Origin: Candidatus Eiseniibacteriota bacterium
GTDB lineage: Bacteria > Eisenbacteria > RBG-16-71-46
Direction: 5' to 3'
Assembly: GCA_963717935.1 (NCBI GenBank)
Contig: CAVQXP010000002.1
Coordinates: 384,001 to 448,000 of the forward strand
Length of the DNA: 64,000 bases
Below, piece after piece: positions 1-12,592 of the stretch. Each line of letters opens with the position of its first letter. Position 1 is the stretch's first letter. The notes below the pieces were generated by a model. That model saw only the letters and a program-made list of their open reading frames with translations. It was not told the DNA's origin and made no database searches. Position numbers and translations under genes: made by a program.

Positions 1-575
1 CGGCGCGGACCTCTACCCGCCCGGACACCGCACGCGCGTGAGGGTCGCGGGCCTGGGCGACGTGCTCGAGGGCGCCACGCGCCCCGGGCACTTCGACGGG
101 CGTGACCACGGTGGTGCTCGTCCTGCTCGAGGTGGTGGCGCCGCACGTGCTGTGGCTCGGACAGAAGGACGCCCAGCAGGCGCTGCTGATCGAGCGCATG
201 GTGCGCGACCTGCGCCTGCCGGTGAAGGTGCGGCGCGGCCCGACGGTGCGCGAGCCCGACGGGCTGGCGATGTCCTCGCGCAACGCCTACCTGTCGCCCG
301 CGGAGCGCGCGCAGGCGGTGGCGCTGTCGCGCGGCCTGGCCGCGGCCCGCGCCGCGCTGGTGGCGGGCGAGCGCTCGGCGGCGCGCGTGGCGCGGGCGGT
401 GCGCGCGGTGTGGCGCCGCCACCCGCTGGTGCGCGAGGACTACGTGGCGGTGGTGGACGCGCAGACGCTCGAGCCGGTGAAGGACGTGCGCGCGGCGCGC
501 CGGCTGCTGGTCGCGGTGGCCGCGCGCGTAGGTCCCGCGCGGCTCATCGACAACTTCGAGTGGAGCCGGCGATGA
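1..575 (+). CDS. panC: Pantoate-beta-alanine ligase, 3' part (5' end outside window; apparent frameshift near 101)
   Basis: LEGATRPGHFDG, GQKDAQQ, VREPDGLAMSSRNAYL and RLIDN motifs across two frames. Confidence 0.93.
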
Positions 576-1216
576 GCGCGCGGCGGGTGGCATCGGCGCG
601 GCCACGACGCGGGACGGCAGAGCGGGCAACGGGCGGTGAGCCGAAACGCCTCCGGCCGGCCGCCCCGGCGGGCGCACGGGGCGCGCTCGAGCGGCTGTGG
701 GCTCCGTGGCGGATGGCGTATGTCGGCCGGGCGCAGGAGCCGGCCGGTTGTCTGTTCTGCCGGGTGGCCCGCGCGCGCGCCGACCGGCCGCTCCTGGTCC
801 TGGCGCGCCGGCCGCACGCCTTCCTGATGCTGAACCGCTACCCGTACAACGGCGGGCACCTGATGGTGGCGGTGCGCGAGCACCGGGCCTGCTTCGCGCG
901 TCTCACGGCGGAGGAGCGCGCGGACCTGCTGGAGCTCGTGGGGCTTGCGGAACGGGCCCTGGAGACGGAGTATCACCCGCACGGCATGAACTTCGGCGTG
1001 AACGTCGGGCGCGTGGCCGGCGCCGGTTTCCCCGGGCATCTGCACATGCACGTGGTGCCGCGCTGGGACGGCGACACCAATTTCATGGCGGCGGTCGGCG
1101 AGACCCGCGTGCTCCCGGAGTCCCTGGCGCGGACCTGGATCCGTCTGCGCCGGGCCATCCGGATGCTCGAACGGGGGCCGGGCGGGCGACGGAGGGCGCG
1201 TGGCCCGAAGGGGTGA
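572..1216 (+). CDS. HIT-family nucleotide hydrolase / Ap4A phosphorylase-like
   Basis: LWAPWRMAYV, CLFC, LNRYPYNGGHLMV and HLHMHVVPRW (HxHxH); ATGA overlap with panC stop. Confidence 0.9.
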   Translation: MSARRVASARPRRGTAERATGGEPKRLRPAAPAGARGALERLWAPWRMAYVGRAQEPAGCLFCRVARARADRPLLVLARRPHAFLMLNRYPYNGGHLMVAVREHRACFARLTAEERADLLELVGLAERALETEYHPHGMNFGVNVGRVAGAGFPGHLHMHVVPRWDGDTNFMAAVGETRVLPESLARTWIRLRRAIRMLERGPGGRRRARGPKG

Positions 1217-1625
1217 GGCGCTGGCACGCGCGGGCACGGGCCTCCTCGCGTTGGTCGTCGTGGCGCTTCTGCTCTCGTGGGTCTGGGCCCGTTTCGGGGC
1301 CGGTCGCGCCGGGGATGGCGCGGGCGCGGTGCAGCCCGTGGTCCGCGTGCAGGTGCTGAACGGCTCGGGTGAGGGGGGAGTGGCGGGACGGCTGGCCTCC
1401 AGCCTGCGGGAGGGCGGCTTCCGCGTCGTGGAGGTGCGGAATGCGGACCGCGACGACTACTTCGCCACGCTCGTGGTGGCGCGGCGCGAGGACCCCGCGG
1501 GCGCGCTGGCCGTGGCGCGCTACCTCGGTGGCCCGCCGGTGATCCGCCAGGCGCTGGGTTCCGATCGGGTTGATGTCACGGTGGTGCTCGGGAGCGACCG
1601 TAGCCGGCTCCGCCTCGGTCAATAG
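1200..1625 (+). CDS. LytR C-terminal domain membrane protein (start uncertain, possibly GTG 1213 with an indel)
   Basis: N-terminal TM segment, then VQVLNGSG..GVA...L...GF.V..V.NAD and DVTVVLGSD. Confidence 0.82.
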   Translation: MARRGEALARAGTGLLALVVVALLLSWVWARFGAGRAGDGAGAVQPVVRVQVLNGSGEGGVAGRLASSLREGGFRVVEVRNADRDDYFATLVVARREDPAGALAVARYLGGPPVIRQALGSDRVDVTVVLGSDRSRLRLGQ

Positions 1626-1649
1626 GCAGGTCTCACAAAGGAGGTCAAG

Positions 1650-1886
1650 GTGTTCGGATTCGGTCCCGGCGAGATGATGATCGTGTTCATCATCGTGCTC
1701 CTCATCTTCGGGCCCAGCCAGCTGCCCAAGCTCGCCAAGGGCCTGGGGAACGCCATGCGCGAGTTCCGCAAGGCGCAACACGAGATCTCCGACGAGCTGA
1801 ACCGGGATTCGACGGAGACCAAGCCCGACGTCCCGCACAAGCCCGCGGACGCCACGCCTCCCGAGAACAACAAGCCCGTCCAGTAG
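1650..1886 (+). CDS. tatA: Twin-arginine translocase TatA/TatE subunit
   Basis: MFGFGPGEMMIVFIIVLLIFGPSQLPKLAKGLGNAMREFRK; SD AAGGAGG upstream. Confidence 0.93.
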   Translation: MFGFGPGEMMIVFIIVLLIFGPSQLPKLAKGLGNAMREFRKAQHEISDELNRDSTETKPDVPHKPADATPPENNKPVQ

Positions 1887-1903
1887 CGCGGCGCCAGGAA
1901 CGG

Positions 1904-1936
1904 GACGGGCGGCGGGATTCGCTCCCGCCGCCCGTC
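1904..1936. terminator. GC-rich hairpin between convergent tatA and surA/ppiD
   Basis: GACGGGCGGCGGGA-TTCGC-TCCCGCCGCCCGTC, perfect 14-bp stem. Confidence 0.6.
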
Positions 1937-1991
1937 GTCTGTGCGGTTCCATGGCCGCCGGCGCACCGCCGGCGCGGGATCCCGTGTGCGC

Positions 1992-3815
1992 CTACCGCGA
2001 GCCCAGGTAGCGCAGGTCCTGGATCTTCGCCTTCGCCCGCAGACCGCCCACCCAGTCGTTGAAGAAGACCTGCTGCCGGGTGGTCAGGATCTCCCTGGTG
2101 AGCTCGGTCTTCGCCTTCTCGTAGGTGGAATCCATCGGGGCCACGGTCCTCCGTTCCACGCGGGCGAAGAACCAGCCAGCCGGACCGCGCAGCGGGCCTA
2201 CGACCTTGCCCGGGGCTGTCACGAAGAGCGTTCCGACCGTCTCGCCCGCTCCCGCCAGGCGCGGGTCCGCCTGGGCTCGCGTCAGCTCCACGGTGAGCGG
2301 AGTGAGCCCGTTCGCCTTCGCGGCGTTCTCGAGCGAGCGCCCCTGCGCGAGCGCCTGGGCGATGCGGTCGGCCACCGGCTTCGCGCGGTCCACACGAGCC
2401 TCGAGCTCCGCGATCTGGCGTAGCGTCTCCGTCAACTGTTCGCGCGACACCAGGCCGCCGGGATGACGCTCGGCCACCTGCACGATGGCGTAGTCGTCCG
2501 TCCCATCGAAGATCGGGCTCACCGCCTTCAGCTTGGCGCCGAATCCCCACTCGCTCGCTTCCGGCGTGCCGGCGAGCGAAGGGGGCGTGGTGCCCAGGTC
2601 GAAGAAGCCCGTGCGCGTCGTGGAAAGGGCCTTCTCCGTCGCCGCCCTGCCCAGGTTCTTCAGGGCCGCGGCGCGCGCCCGCAGCTTCTGCAACTCGCCG
2701 TACTGCTCCTGCCGGGCGGTGTCGCTGGGTCGCACGTGGACGATGATCTGGGCCAGACGCAGGCCGGACGCGGCCTGGCCAGGCTGTGGCACCCGCTCGA
2801 GGAGCTTCATGATGATGAAGCGCCCGTTGGCCTGGTAGGGGTCGGTCACCTGGCCGGGCTGCAGGTCACGCATGTACGGCCCCAACTCGGGCCCCAGCTC
2901 GTCCAGCCGGACGACCCGGTTGATGACACCGCCCTGCGCCGCCGCGGGGCCCTCGGAGTAGTCCTTGGCCAGCTGGGCGAAGTCTTCGCCCCTGCGCACG
3001 CGATCGACCAGGTTCTGGGCGAACTGGCGGGCGGTGCGCACGTCGTCGTCGGTGAACTTCATCGGCACCAGGAGCACCTCGAGGTCGACCCGCGGGCCGG
3101 AGTAGAAGCGCCCCTTGTACTCCTGGTAGACCCGGTCGAGGTCGGCGGGCTGGGGCGGCGGCACCTTGGTCTGCAGGTCCGGCGTCACGGCGACGGTCGT
3201 GGCCACCACGCGGTCGAAACGCTCGTGGTAGGCCTCGCGCAACTCGGGCTCGCTCAGCTTGACCGAGGACAGCAGGCGTTCCTGCAGCTTGCGGACCGGC
3301 AGCTGGGACCGCGCGATCTCCTCGAAGGTCGCCCAGAAGGTGTTGTTGGGGTCACGCAGGGCGGCCCGGTACTTCTCCGGGTCGAACTTGCCGTCGGTCT
3401 GGAACGCGGGCTGGTCGATCAGCTCCTGCGGGGGGGAGGTCTGCAGCGCCAGCACCACCTCGCGATCGTGGGCCTTGATGCCGGCCAGGCGTGCCTGGCG
3501 GGCCAGCAGCTTCTGGCTCACGAGCACGCGCCAGGCCTGCGCCTCGGCGTTCTTCTCGTCGCGGTCGGCGGGGTCCGAGCCGTACTGTCGGCGGAATGCC
3601 TCGCGCTGGGTGGTGATGGCGGTCTGGTACTCCGCGGTGCTGATGGGGCTGCCATCCACGGAGCCCGCGGTCCCGGTCTGTTGCCCGCCGCCGAAATCGA
3701 CCCCCGCGCCGAAGATGAACACGAACCCGCCGAGGAAGGTGACGACGATGACGACGGTGAGCAGCCACCAGATTGCCTTGGTGTGTTTGCCGCCAGCACG
3801 CAGTTGACGAAGCAT
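1992..3815 (-). CDS. PpiD/SurA-type periplasmic chaperone with parvulin PPIase domain
   Basis: N-terminal TM, SurA-N-like FQTDGKFDPEKY, rotamase GEDFAQLAKDYSEGPAAAQGG, C-terminal LRAKAKIQDLR. Confidence 0.85.
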   Translation of the reverse strand: MLRQLRAGGKHTKAIWWLLTVVIVVTFLGGFVFIFGAGVDFGGGQQTGTAGSVDGSPISTAEYQTAITTQREAFRRQYGSDPADRDEKNAEAQAWRVLVSQKLLARQARLAGIKAHDREVVLALQTSPPQELIDQPAFQTDGKFDPEKYRAALRDPNNTFWATFEEIARSQLPVRKLQERLLSSVKLSEPELREAYHERFDRVVATTVAVTPDLQTKVPPPQPADLDRVYQEYKGRFYSGPRVDLEVLLVPMKFTDDDVRTARQFAQNLVDRVRRGEDFAQLAKDYSEGPAAAQGGVINRVVRLDELGPELGPYMRDLQPGQVTDPYQANGRFIIMKLLERVPQPGQAASGLRLAQIIVHVRPSDTARQEQYGELQKLRARAAALKNLGRAATEKALSTTRTGFFDLGTTPPSLAGTPEASEWGFGAKLKAVSPIFDGTDDYAIVQVAERHPGGLVSREQLTETLRQIAELEARVDRAKPVADRIAQALAQGRSLENAAKANGLTPLTVELTRAQADPRLAGAGETVGTLFVTAPGKVVGPLRGPAGWFFARVERRTVAPMDSTYEKAKTELTREILTTRQQVFFNDWVGGLRAKAKIQDLRYLGSR

Positions 3816-4006
3816 TCAGGGCTCCCGGAACGGGCCGAAGCGATCGTGGAGGAGAGTGACCCGGCATTCTACCAGCCACCTCCGGCGCGCTCAACCAGCC
3901 GGTCCCGCCCCGGGCGGGTGCGGGAAACCGCGCATCCTCCGTTGCCTGCGTGGGCGGCGTGTGCTACCTCTCAGCCTGCATCGTTGATTCCGCCCGTGGA
4001 GGGCCG

Positions 4007-5122
4007 ATGAGCACGCGCAGCGAAGCCCCCGCCCGTCCGGCCGATTCGGAGCCCGCGCCGCGCCCGATCCCGTGGCCCACGCAGGTGCTGGACGCGCTGG
4101 AACAGGGGGTGGTGGCACTCGACCGTGAGCGCCGTGTCACCTACAACAACCGCCGCATCGAGGAGCTGTTCGCCATCGAGCCGGGCGGGCTGCTGGGGCT
4201 GCCGGCGTCGCGCCTGTTCCCCGGGGCCGACGCGCGCTGGCTGAAGGGCTCCTCGCGCGAGCCGCGCGAGTTCCGCATCGAAGCCGAGGGCCGCGAGTTG
4301 ACGCTCAAGGCCGAGTCCCTGCCGTTGCGCGACGAGGATGGCGCCCTGATGGGCTCGCTCGTGATGGTGGAGGCCACCTCCGAGAGCGAGGACGGCGAGT
4401 TCCAGAAGAACATCGACCGTCTGGTCTCGCTGGGCGAGTTGTCGGCCTACGTGGCCCACGAGATCCGCAACCCGCTGACAGGCATCCGCACCACCGTCCA
4501 GTACGTGGGCTCGAAGTTCAAGCCCAACGACGCCCGGCGCGAGGATCTCGAGGACGTCATCAAGGAGCTGGACCGCATCGAGCAGATCATCACCGGCCTG
4601 CTCATGTTCGCCCGGCCGCCCGCGGCCCGCCCGCAGTCGTGCGACCTGCGCCAGGTGCTCGAGAAGACGCTGGACCTGCTCGAGCTGCAGCTGGGGGACG
4701 CGCAGGTGACGCTCTCCAAGGATTACGCCGAGGTGACCGAGGAGATCCCGCTCGTCTACGCGGACCCCGACCTCACGCAGCAGGTGTTCCTCAACCTCTG
4801 CCTGAACGCCGTGCAGGCCATGCCCGAAGGGGGCGAGCTGCACGTCATGCTGGGGGTGCGGCGCTACCGCACGCGGCGCTCGGTGGTGGACGTCTCCTTC
4901 CGGGACACCGGCGTGGGCATCCCCAAGGATCTCATGGAGAAGATCTTCGACCCCTTCTTCACGACGCGTTCCATGGGCACCGGGCTGGGCCTGCCCATCT
5001 CGCTGCAGATCGTGCGCGAGGTGGGCGGCGTGATCACCGCCAAGAACAACGCGGGCGGTGGCGCGACGCTGCGCGTCTCCTTCCCGGTCCCGGCGGAGCC
5101 GCCGGGACCGCCGGAGGACTAG
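4007..5122 (+). CDS. Cytoplasmic PAS-domain sensor histidine kinase (NtrB/AtoS-like)
   Basis: PAS (LDALEQGVVALD..TYNN), H-box AHEIRNPLT, N-box QVFLNLCLNA, DTGVG, FDPFFTT, GTGLGL; no TM segment. Confidence 0.92.
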   Translation: MSTRSEAPARPADSEPAPRPIPWPTQVLDALEQGVVALDRERRVTYNNRRIEELFAIEPGGLLGLPASRLFPGADARWLKGSSREPREFRIEAEGRELTLKAESLPLRDEDGALMGSLVMVEATSESEDGEFQKNIDRLVSLGELSAYVAHEIRNPLTGIRTTVQYVGSKFKPNDARREDLEDVIKELDRIEQIITGLLMFARPPAARPQSCDLRQVLEKTLDLLELQLGDAQVTLSKDYAEVTEEIPLVYADPDLTQQVFLNLCLNAVQAMPEGGELHVMLGVRRYRTRRSVVDVSFRDTGVGIPKDLMEKIFDPFFTTRSMGTGLGLPISLQIVREVGGVITAKNNAGGGATLRVSFPVPAEPPGPPED

Positions 5123-5126
5123 GACC

Positions 5127-6501
5127 GTGAAGAACACCGTGCTCGTCGTGGACGACGAGACTCCTCATCCGCAAGTCGCTGTCCCGCGTGCTGCGCGAGA
5201 AGGGCTACCTGGTCGAGGGGGCGAGCACCGGGGCGGAGGGTCTCGAGAAGGTCGAAAGCGTGCGGCCGCAGGTCATCATCCTCGACATGCGCCTGCCGGA
5301 CACCGACGGCCTCTCCGTGCTGCGGCGCGTACGCCAGTTGGATGCGCTGGTCCAGGTCATCGTCATCACCGCCTACGGCGACGTCCAGTCGGCGGTCGAG
5401 GCCATGAAGCTCGGAGCCTGCGATTTCCTCCGGAAGCCGTACGAGAAGGAGGACATCGAGATGGCGGTCGAGGCTGCGGCCCGCACGTTCCGCCAGGCCA
5501 ACGAACTCGACCTCTACCGCCGCAAGGAGAAGCGCCGGTACACGGGGGAGGAGATCATCGGCACCTCCGTCCCCATGCAGGAGGTGCGGGATCTCATCGA
5601 GAAGGTGGTGCGCAGCCAGGCGACCTCCGTGTTCATCACCGGGGAGAGCGGGACCGGCAAGGAACTGGTCGCGCGGGCGATCCACTACCGCAGCGATCGT
5701 GCCCAGGCGCCGCTCATGGAGGTCAACTGCTCCTCGTTCCAGGAGACCCTGCTCGAGAACGAGCTGTTCGGGCACGAGCGCGGCGCCTTCACGGACGCCG
5801 GGGACCTGAAGAAGGGCCTGGTCGAGCTTTGCGACGGCGGCACGCTCTTCCTGGACGAGGTGGCGGACATGTCGATGCCGACCCAGGCCAAGCTCCTGCG
5901 CTTCATCGACTACCGGAACTTCAAGCGGGTGGGCGGGGCCGAGGACATCAGCGTGGACATCCGCATCGTGGCCGCCTCGAACAAGGATCTCGAGAGCGAC
6001 ATCCGCACCGGGCGCTTCCGCAGCGACCTGTACTTCCGCCTCAAGGTCGTGAGCATCCACCTGCCTCCGCTCAACGAGCGCGGTGACGACATCCTGCTGC
6101 TGGCGCGGCACTTCCTGCGCGAGTTCTCCCGCCAGTTCCAGAAGGACTTCCGCGACATCACGCCCGACGCGGCGCGCCTGCTGCTGTCCTACCGCTGGCC
6201 GGGCAACGTTCGCGAGCTGCGCAACCTCATCGAGCGCGTCGTGCTCCTCGAGGATGGGCGGCAACTGGAACTCGATCACCTGCCGGCGGAGGTCGCGGGC
6301 CGGCGCCTGGCCTCCGACCACTCGATCGCGCTGCCCACGCTCGCGCAGATCGAAGCCGACCACATCGCCGAGGTGCTGCGGCTCACCGCGGGGAACAAGA
6401 GCCGCGCCGCGCGCGTCCTCGGCATCTCGCGGCAGGGTCTCATCGAGAAGCTGCGGCGCTCGCGCGTGCTCGACGAGGGTGGTGGTCGTCAAGTATCTTG
6501 A
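5127..6501 (+). CDS. Sigma54-dependent response regulator (REC-AAA+-HTH), apparent +1 frameshift near 5160
   Basis: VLVVDDE, LDMRLP, GESGTGKE, ELFGHERGAFTDA, LFLDE, WPGNVREL, HTH NKSRAARVLGISR. Confidence 0.92.
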
Positions 6502-6547
6502 CACCCACAAGGAAGTGGACACCGTCCTGCAATCTATTGTATTGCAG
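6488..6547. promoter_or_regulatory. Two inverted repeats, candidate activator-binding (UAS) sites
   Basis: GTCAAG-TAT-CTTGAC (6488-6502) and CTGCAAT-N7-ATTGCAG (6527-6547) in an AT-rich intergenic stretch about 170-230 bp upstream of a sigma54 motif. Confidence 0.45.
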
Positions 6548-6713
6548 TTGTTTGCGATTCACGTTCCGGCTAACTCACCATTAAATTGACGGTTAGAACG
6601 GTTCGAGCCAGTCGAAAACGGCAAGGTGCGAGCCTGGGTAGAACCCACGGCTATTTTTTATTGCCTTGTACTGCAATGTCTTACGCGATGAATGACGCTG
6701 CCTCCCTGCCGTG

Positions 6714-6729
6714 TGGAATGGAACCTGCT
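6714..6729 (+). promoter_or_regulatory. Putative sigma54 (-24/-12) promoter
   Basis: TGGAATGGAACCTGCT: GG 6715-16, 10-nt spacer, GC 6727-28; downstream of a bEBP gene, with AT-rich DNA upstream. Confidence 0.6.
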
Positions 6730-6870
6730 TCCGAGTTCGGGCGAGGCCAAGTGGGGTTCTCGGGAACTCCGCCGGGCCGCCGGGGCCGCGCCCAAGGCGG
6801 CGGCCAACAGTGCCCCAGCGAGAAGTTGGGGACTCCACCATCGAGATCAGATCCAAGGAGGTGATCAGGA

Positions 6871-6939
6871 ATGGCAGCGAAGAAGAAGGTCGCCAAGAAG
6901 AAGGTCGCCAAGAAGAAGGTCGCCAAGAAGAAGAAGTAA
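6871..6939 (+). CDS. 22-aa lysine-rich histone-like micropeptide MAAKKKVAKKKVAKKKVAKKKK
   Basis: ATG 6871 to TAA 6937-39; 12-nt perfect anti-SD complement AAGGAGGTGATC at 6855-6866; all Lys codons AAG; 15-bp tandem repeat; hairpin downstream. Confidence 0.8.
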   Translation: MAAKKKVAKKKVAKKKVAKKKK

Positions 6940-6967
6940 GCCCGTCTCAGGACCTGGCACGTCCTCA

Positions 6968-6998
6968 GGGGATTGGTCGGCGATGCCGGCCAATCCCC
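6968..6998 (+). terminator. Hairpin after micropeptide gene
   Basis: GGGGATTGGTCGGC-GAT-GCCGGCCAATCCCC, 14-bp stem with one G-U pair; no clear U-tract. Confidence 0.45.
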
Positions 6999-7394
6999 GA
7001 TTGCTGGGGGAGCGGCTCTCGACCCGGCGGGGAGGTCCAGGGGAGAGGATGCGCGCCGGCTGCCACGCCCGTTCGCGGGAGCGACCCTCGCTCCGCCTGG
7101 AGTGGAAGCCGATCGACCGGCGGGTCGGCCTTACCTGAGGCCACCGGTCGCGCGAGAGAGAACGCACCGCGGGACGGTGACCTGACGGTGCGGGTTTGGG
7201 GCTGGAGGTTTCCGTGCTAGGGCTGGCCGTCTTCCTCCAGTGACCCGCGACGGTTCGCTCATGGATGGGCGGGCCGTTCGCGTCTTCTGAGGATCCCCCG
7301 CAGCGTTCCCTGCAGCGAGCCTTGCCGCCGGTGGCGCGTGCTATAGTCGTGCAGCTCGCCACCGCCGCGTGCTCTTCGCCTGCCCGAGGCCCCG

Positions 7395-10184
<2,790 letters not shown>

Positions 10185-10218
10185 ACGCCGCCCATCCCGG
10201 GCGCAGACTCCCGCCGCC

Positions 10219-11680
10219 ATGGACGCCATCTCCGCCGCCGGGCTCGAGCGGCTCGACGACTTCCGCTGGATGATCCCGCGCGCGGGCGCGATGCGCGTGC
10301 CCGGGGTCATCTTCGCGGACCGGCCGCTGCTCGAGCAGATCCTCGGCCGACCGCACCTGCGAGCAGATCCGCAATGCCGCGACCCTGCCGGGCATCCTCG
10401 AGGCCTCGATCGCCATGCCCGACGCCCACTGGGGCTACGGGCTGCCGGTCGGCGGCGTGGTGGCCTTCGATCCCGGACGAGGGCGTGGTCTCGCCGGGCG
10501 CGGTGGGCTACGACATCGGCTGCGGCGTGCGCCTGATGCGCACCCGCCTCGACGCGCGCCGACCTGGCCCCGCAGGTGGAGGCCCTGGCCGACGCGCTCT
10601 ACCGCGAGGTGCCCGTGCGGCGTGGGCTCCACCGGGCGCGGTGCGGCTCAAGCCCGGGCGATCTGGACCGGGTGCTGCGCGACGGGCCGCGCTGGGCGGT
10701 CGGGCGCGGCCTGGGCACCGCGGGCGACCTCGAGCACTGCGAGGAGGCCGGCGTGCTGGCCGACGCCGACCCGGGCGCGGTGAGCGAGGCCGCGAAGGAC
10801 CGCGGCCGCGACCAGCTCGGCACGCTGGGCTCGGGCAACCACTTCCTCGAGGTGCAGGAGGTGGACGAGATCCACGACGAGGACGGCGGCGCGGGCGCTC
10901 GGGCTCGAGCGGGGCATGGTCACCGTGATGATCCACTGCGGCTCGCGCGGGCTGGGCCACCAGGTCTGCACCGACCACGTGCGCGACGTCGCGCGCAAGC
11001 TCACCGGCTGGGGCATCGACGCTGCCGGACCGGCAGCTCGCCTGCGCCCCGCTGCGCTCGCCCGAGGCCACGGCCTACCTGGGCGCGATGCGCGCGGCCG
11101 CGAACTTCGCCTGGGCGAACCGGCAGTGCATCGCCGACGAGGTGCGGCGCGCCTTCGAGCGCACGCTGCGCCGCAGCCACGAGTCGCTTGGACCTCACGC
11201 TGGTCTACGACGTGGCGCACAACATCGCCAAGTTCGAGCGCCACCGGACCGCGGCGGGCACGGTGCGCTGCCTGGTGCACCGCAAGGGCGCGACGCGGGC
11301 CTTCCCGGCGGGCCACCCCGACGTGCCCGCGGCCTACCGTGCGGTGGGCCAGCCGGTGCTGGTGCCCGGGCGACATGGGGCGCTACTCGTTCGTGCTGGT
11401 CGGGCGTCCGGGCTCGATGGCGCACGCCTTCGGCTCCACCTGCCACGGCGCCGGACGCCGCATGAGCCGCACCCAGGCGGTGCGCGAGACGCGCGGCCGC
11501 GACCTGGTCGCCGAGCTGCGCGAGGCCGGCGTCGCCGTGCGCTCCAAGGGCCGCGACACGCTGCGCGAGGAGACCAGCGAGGCCTACAAGGACGTGGCCG
11601 ACGTCGTGCGCGTGGTCGAGGGCGCGGACCTGGCGAGGCGCGTGGCGCGGCTCAGGCCGTTCCTGGTGGTCAAGGGCTGA
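10219..11680 (+). CDS. rtcB: RtcB RNA ligase (several apparent frameshifts)
   Basis: [63 protein letters not shown]. Confidence 0.92.
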
Positions 11681-11692
11681 CTGCTACGCGAA

Positions 11693-11720
11693 GCCCCGCC
11701 CCGGTGCTCCGGGACGGGGC
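11693..11720. terminator. Hairpin between convergent rtcB and sdhB
   Basis: GCCCCGcCCCGG-TGCT-CCGGGaCGGGGC. Confidence 0.45.
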
Positions 11721-11754
11721 CTCGTTCGACTCGGGGCGCCCTGCGAACCCAGCC

Positions 11755-12591
11755 TCAGGCCTTCGTGATCGTCCGTGGCGGCGCCGCCGGGATGTCCTCG
11801 CGCCGCTTGCCGCAGGGCTTGTCCGCCAGCCTGGAGGCCGGCTTGCGCACGCGCAGCCGCAGCAGGTCGAAGCACGAGGTCCTGCTTCATCAGCTGGATC
11901 GCCTTGGCCGGGTCCACCCCCTTGGGGCAGACCTGCGAGCACTCGCCCGCGAAGTGGCAGCGCCACGGTCCGCTGCCCACGGAGAGCAGCTCGCGCCGCC
12001 GCGCGAACCCGCCGTCGCGCGTGTCGCTGTTGTAGCGGTGGGCCTGTGCCAGCGGCATCGGCCCGGAGTACTTCGGGTCCGTTGCCACCGTCGGGCATGC
12101 CGCCATGCAGCAGCCGCACTTGATGCAGTAGCTGAACTGCAGGTAGCGCTCCAACTCGTGCGGCGTCTGCCAGTACTCCCCGGTCGGGTCGTTCTGCTCC
12201 TTGACGTCCTCGCGGATCAGGTAGGGCATCAGCTCGCGGTGGGCCTCGAACATCAGGTGCAGGTCGGGCACGAGGTCCTTGATGATGCCGAAGTTGGGCA
12301 GCGGCCCCACCGCGACGACGTCGCTCTGCAGTTCGGAGATCTGCGTGTTGCAGGCCAGTCGCGGGCGGCCGTTGATGAGCATGCCGCACGAGCCGCAGAT
12401 GCCCATGCGACACGAGGAGCGCCACGCCAGGGTCGGCGCGAACAACTCCTTCACCTTCCACAGGCCGTCGAGCACGGTCATGCCGGGCAGTGACGTCGAT
12501 CTTGTACGTGCTCCCAGTGCGGCTCGCGGTCCTTGCCGGGCTCGTAGCGGCGGAGGTGGAAGACCACCTGCTTCAGGCTCGTGTCGGCCAT
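11755..12591 (-). CDS. sdhB: Succinate dehydrogenase/fumarate reductase Fe-S subunit (apparent frameshifts at both ends; end coordinate inferred)
   Basis: SSCRMGICGSCG..LACNT, CIKCGCCMAACP, WRCHFAGECSQVCPKG. Confidence 0.88.
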
Positions 12592-12592
12592 G

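Noticed and set aside
6855..6866. 16S rRNA 3' end on the minus strand (GATCACCTCCTT)
   Set aside because: Only 12 nt match with no flanking rRNA sequence; position fits a Shine-Dalgarno for ATG 6871
6681..6926. Minus-strand ORF beginning MATFFLATFFLATFFF
   Set aside because: Reverse complement of the Lys-repeat gene; no SD, whereas the plus-strand ORF has a perfect SD and hairpin
7049..7138. 29-aa ORF MRAGCHARSRERPSLRLEWKPIDRRVGLT
   Set aside because: SD-like sequence poorly spaced and no recognisable features; insufficient support
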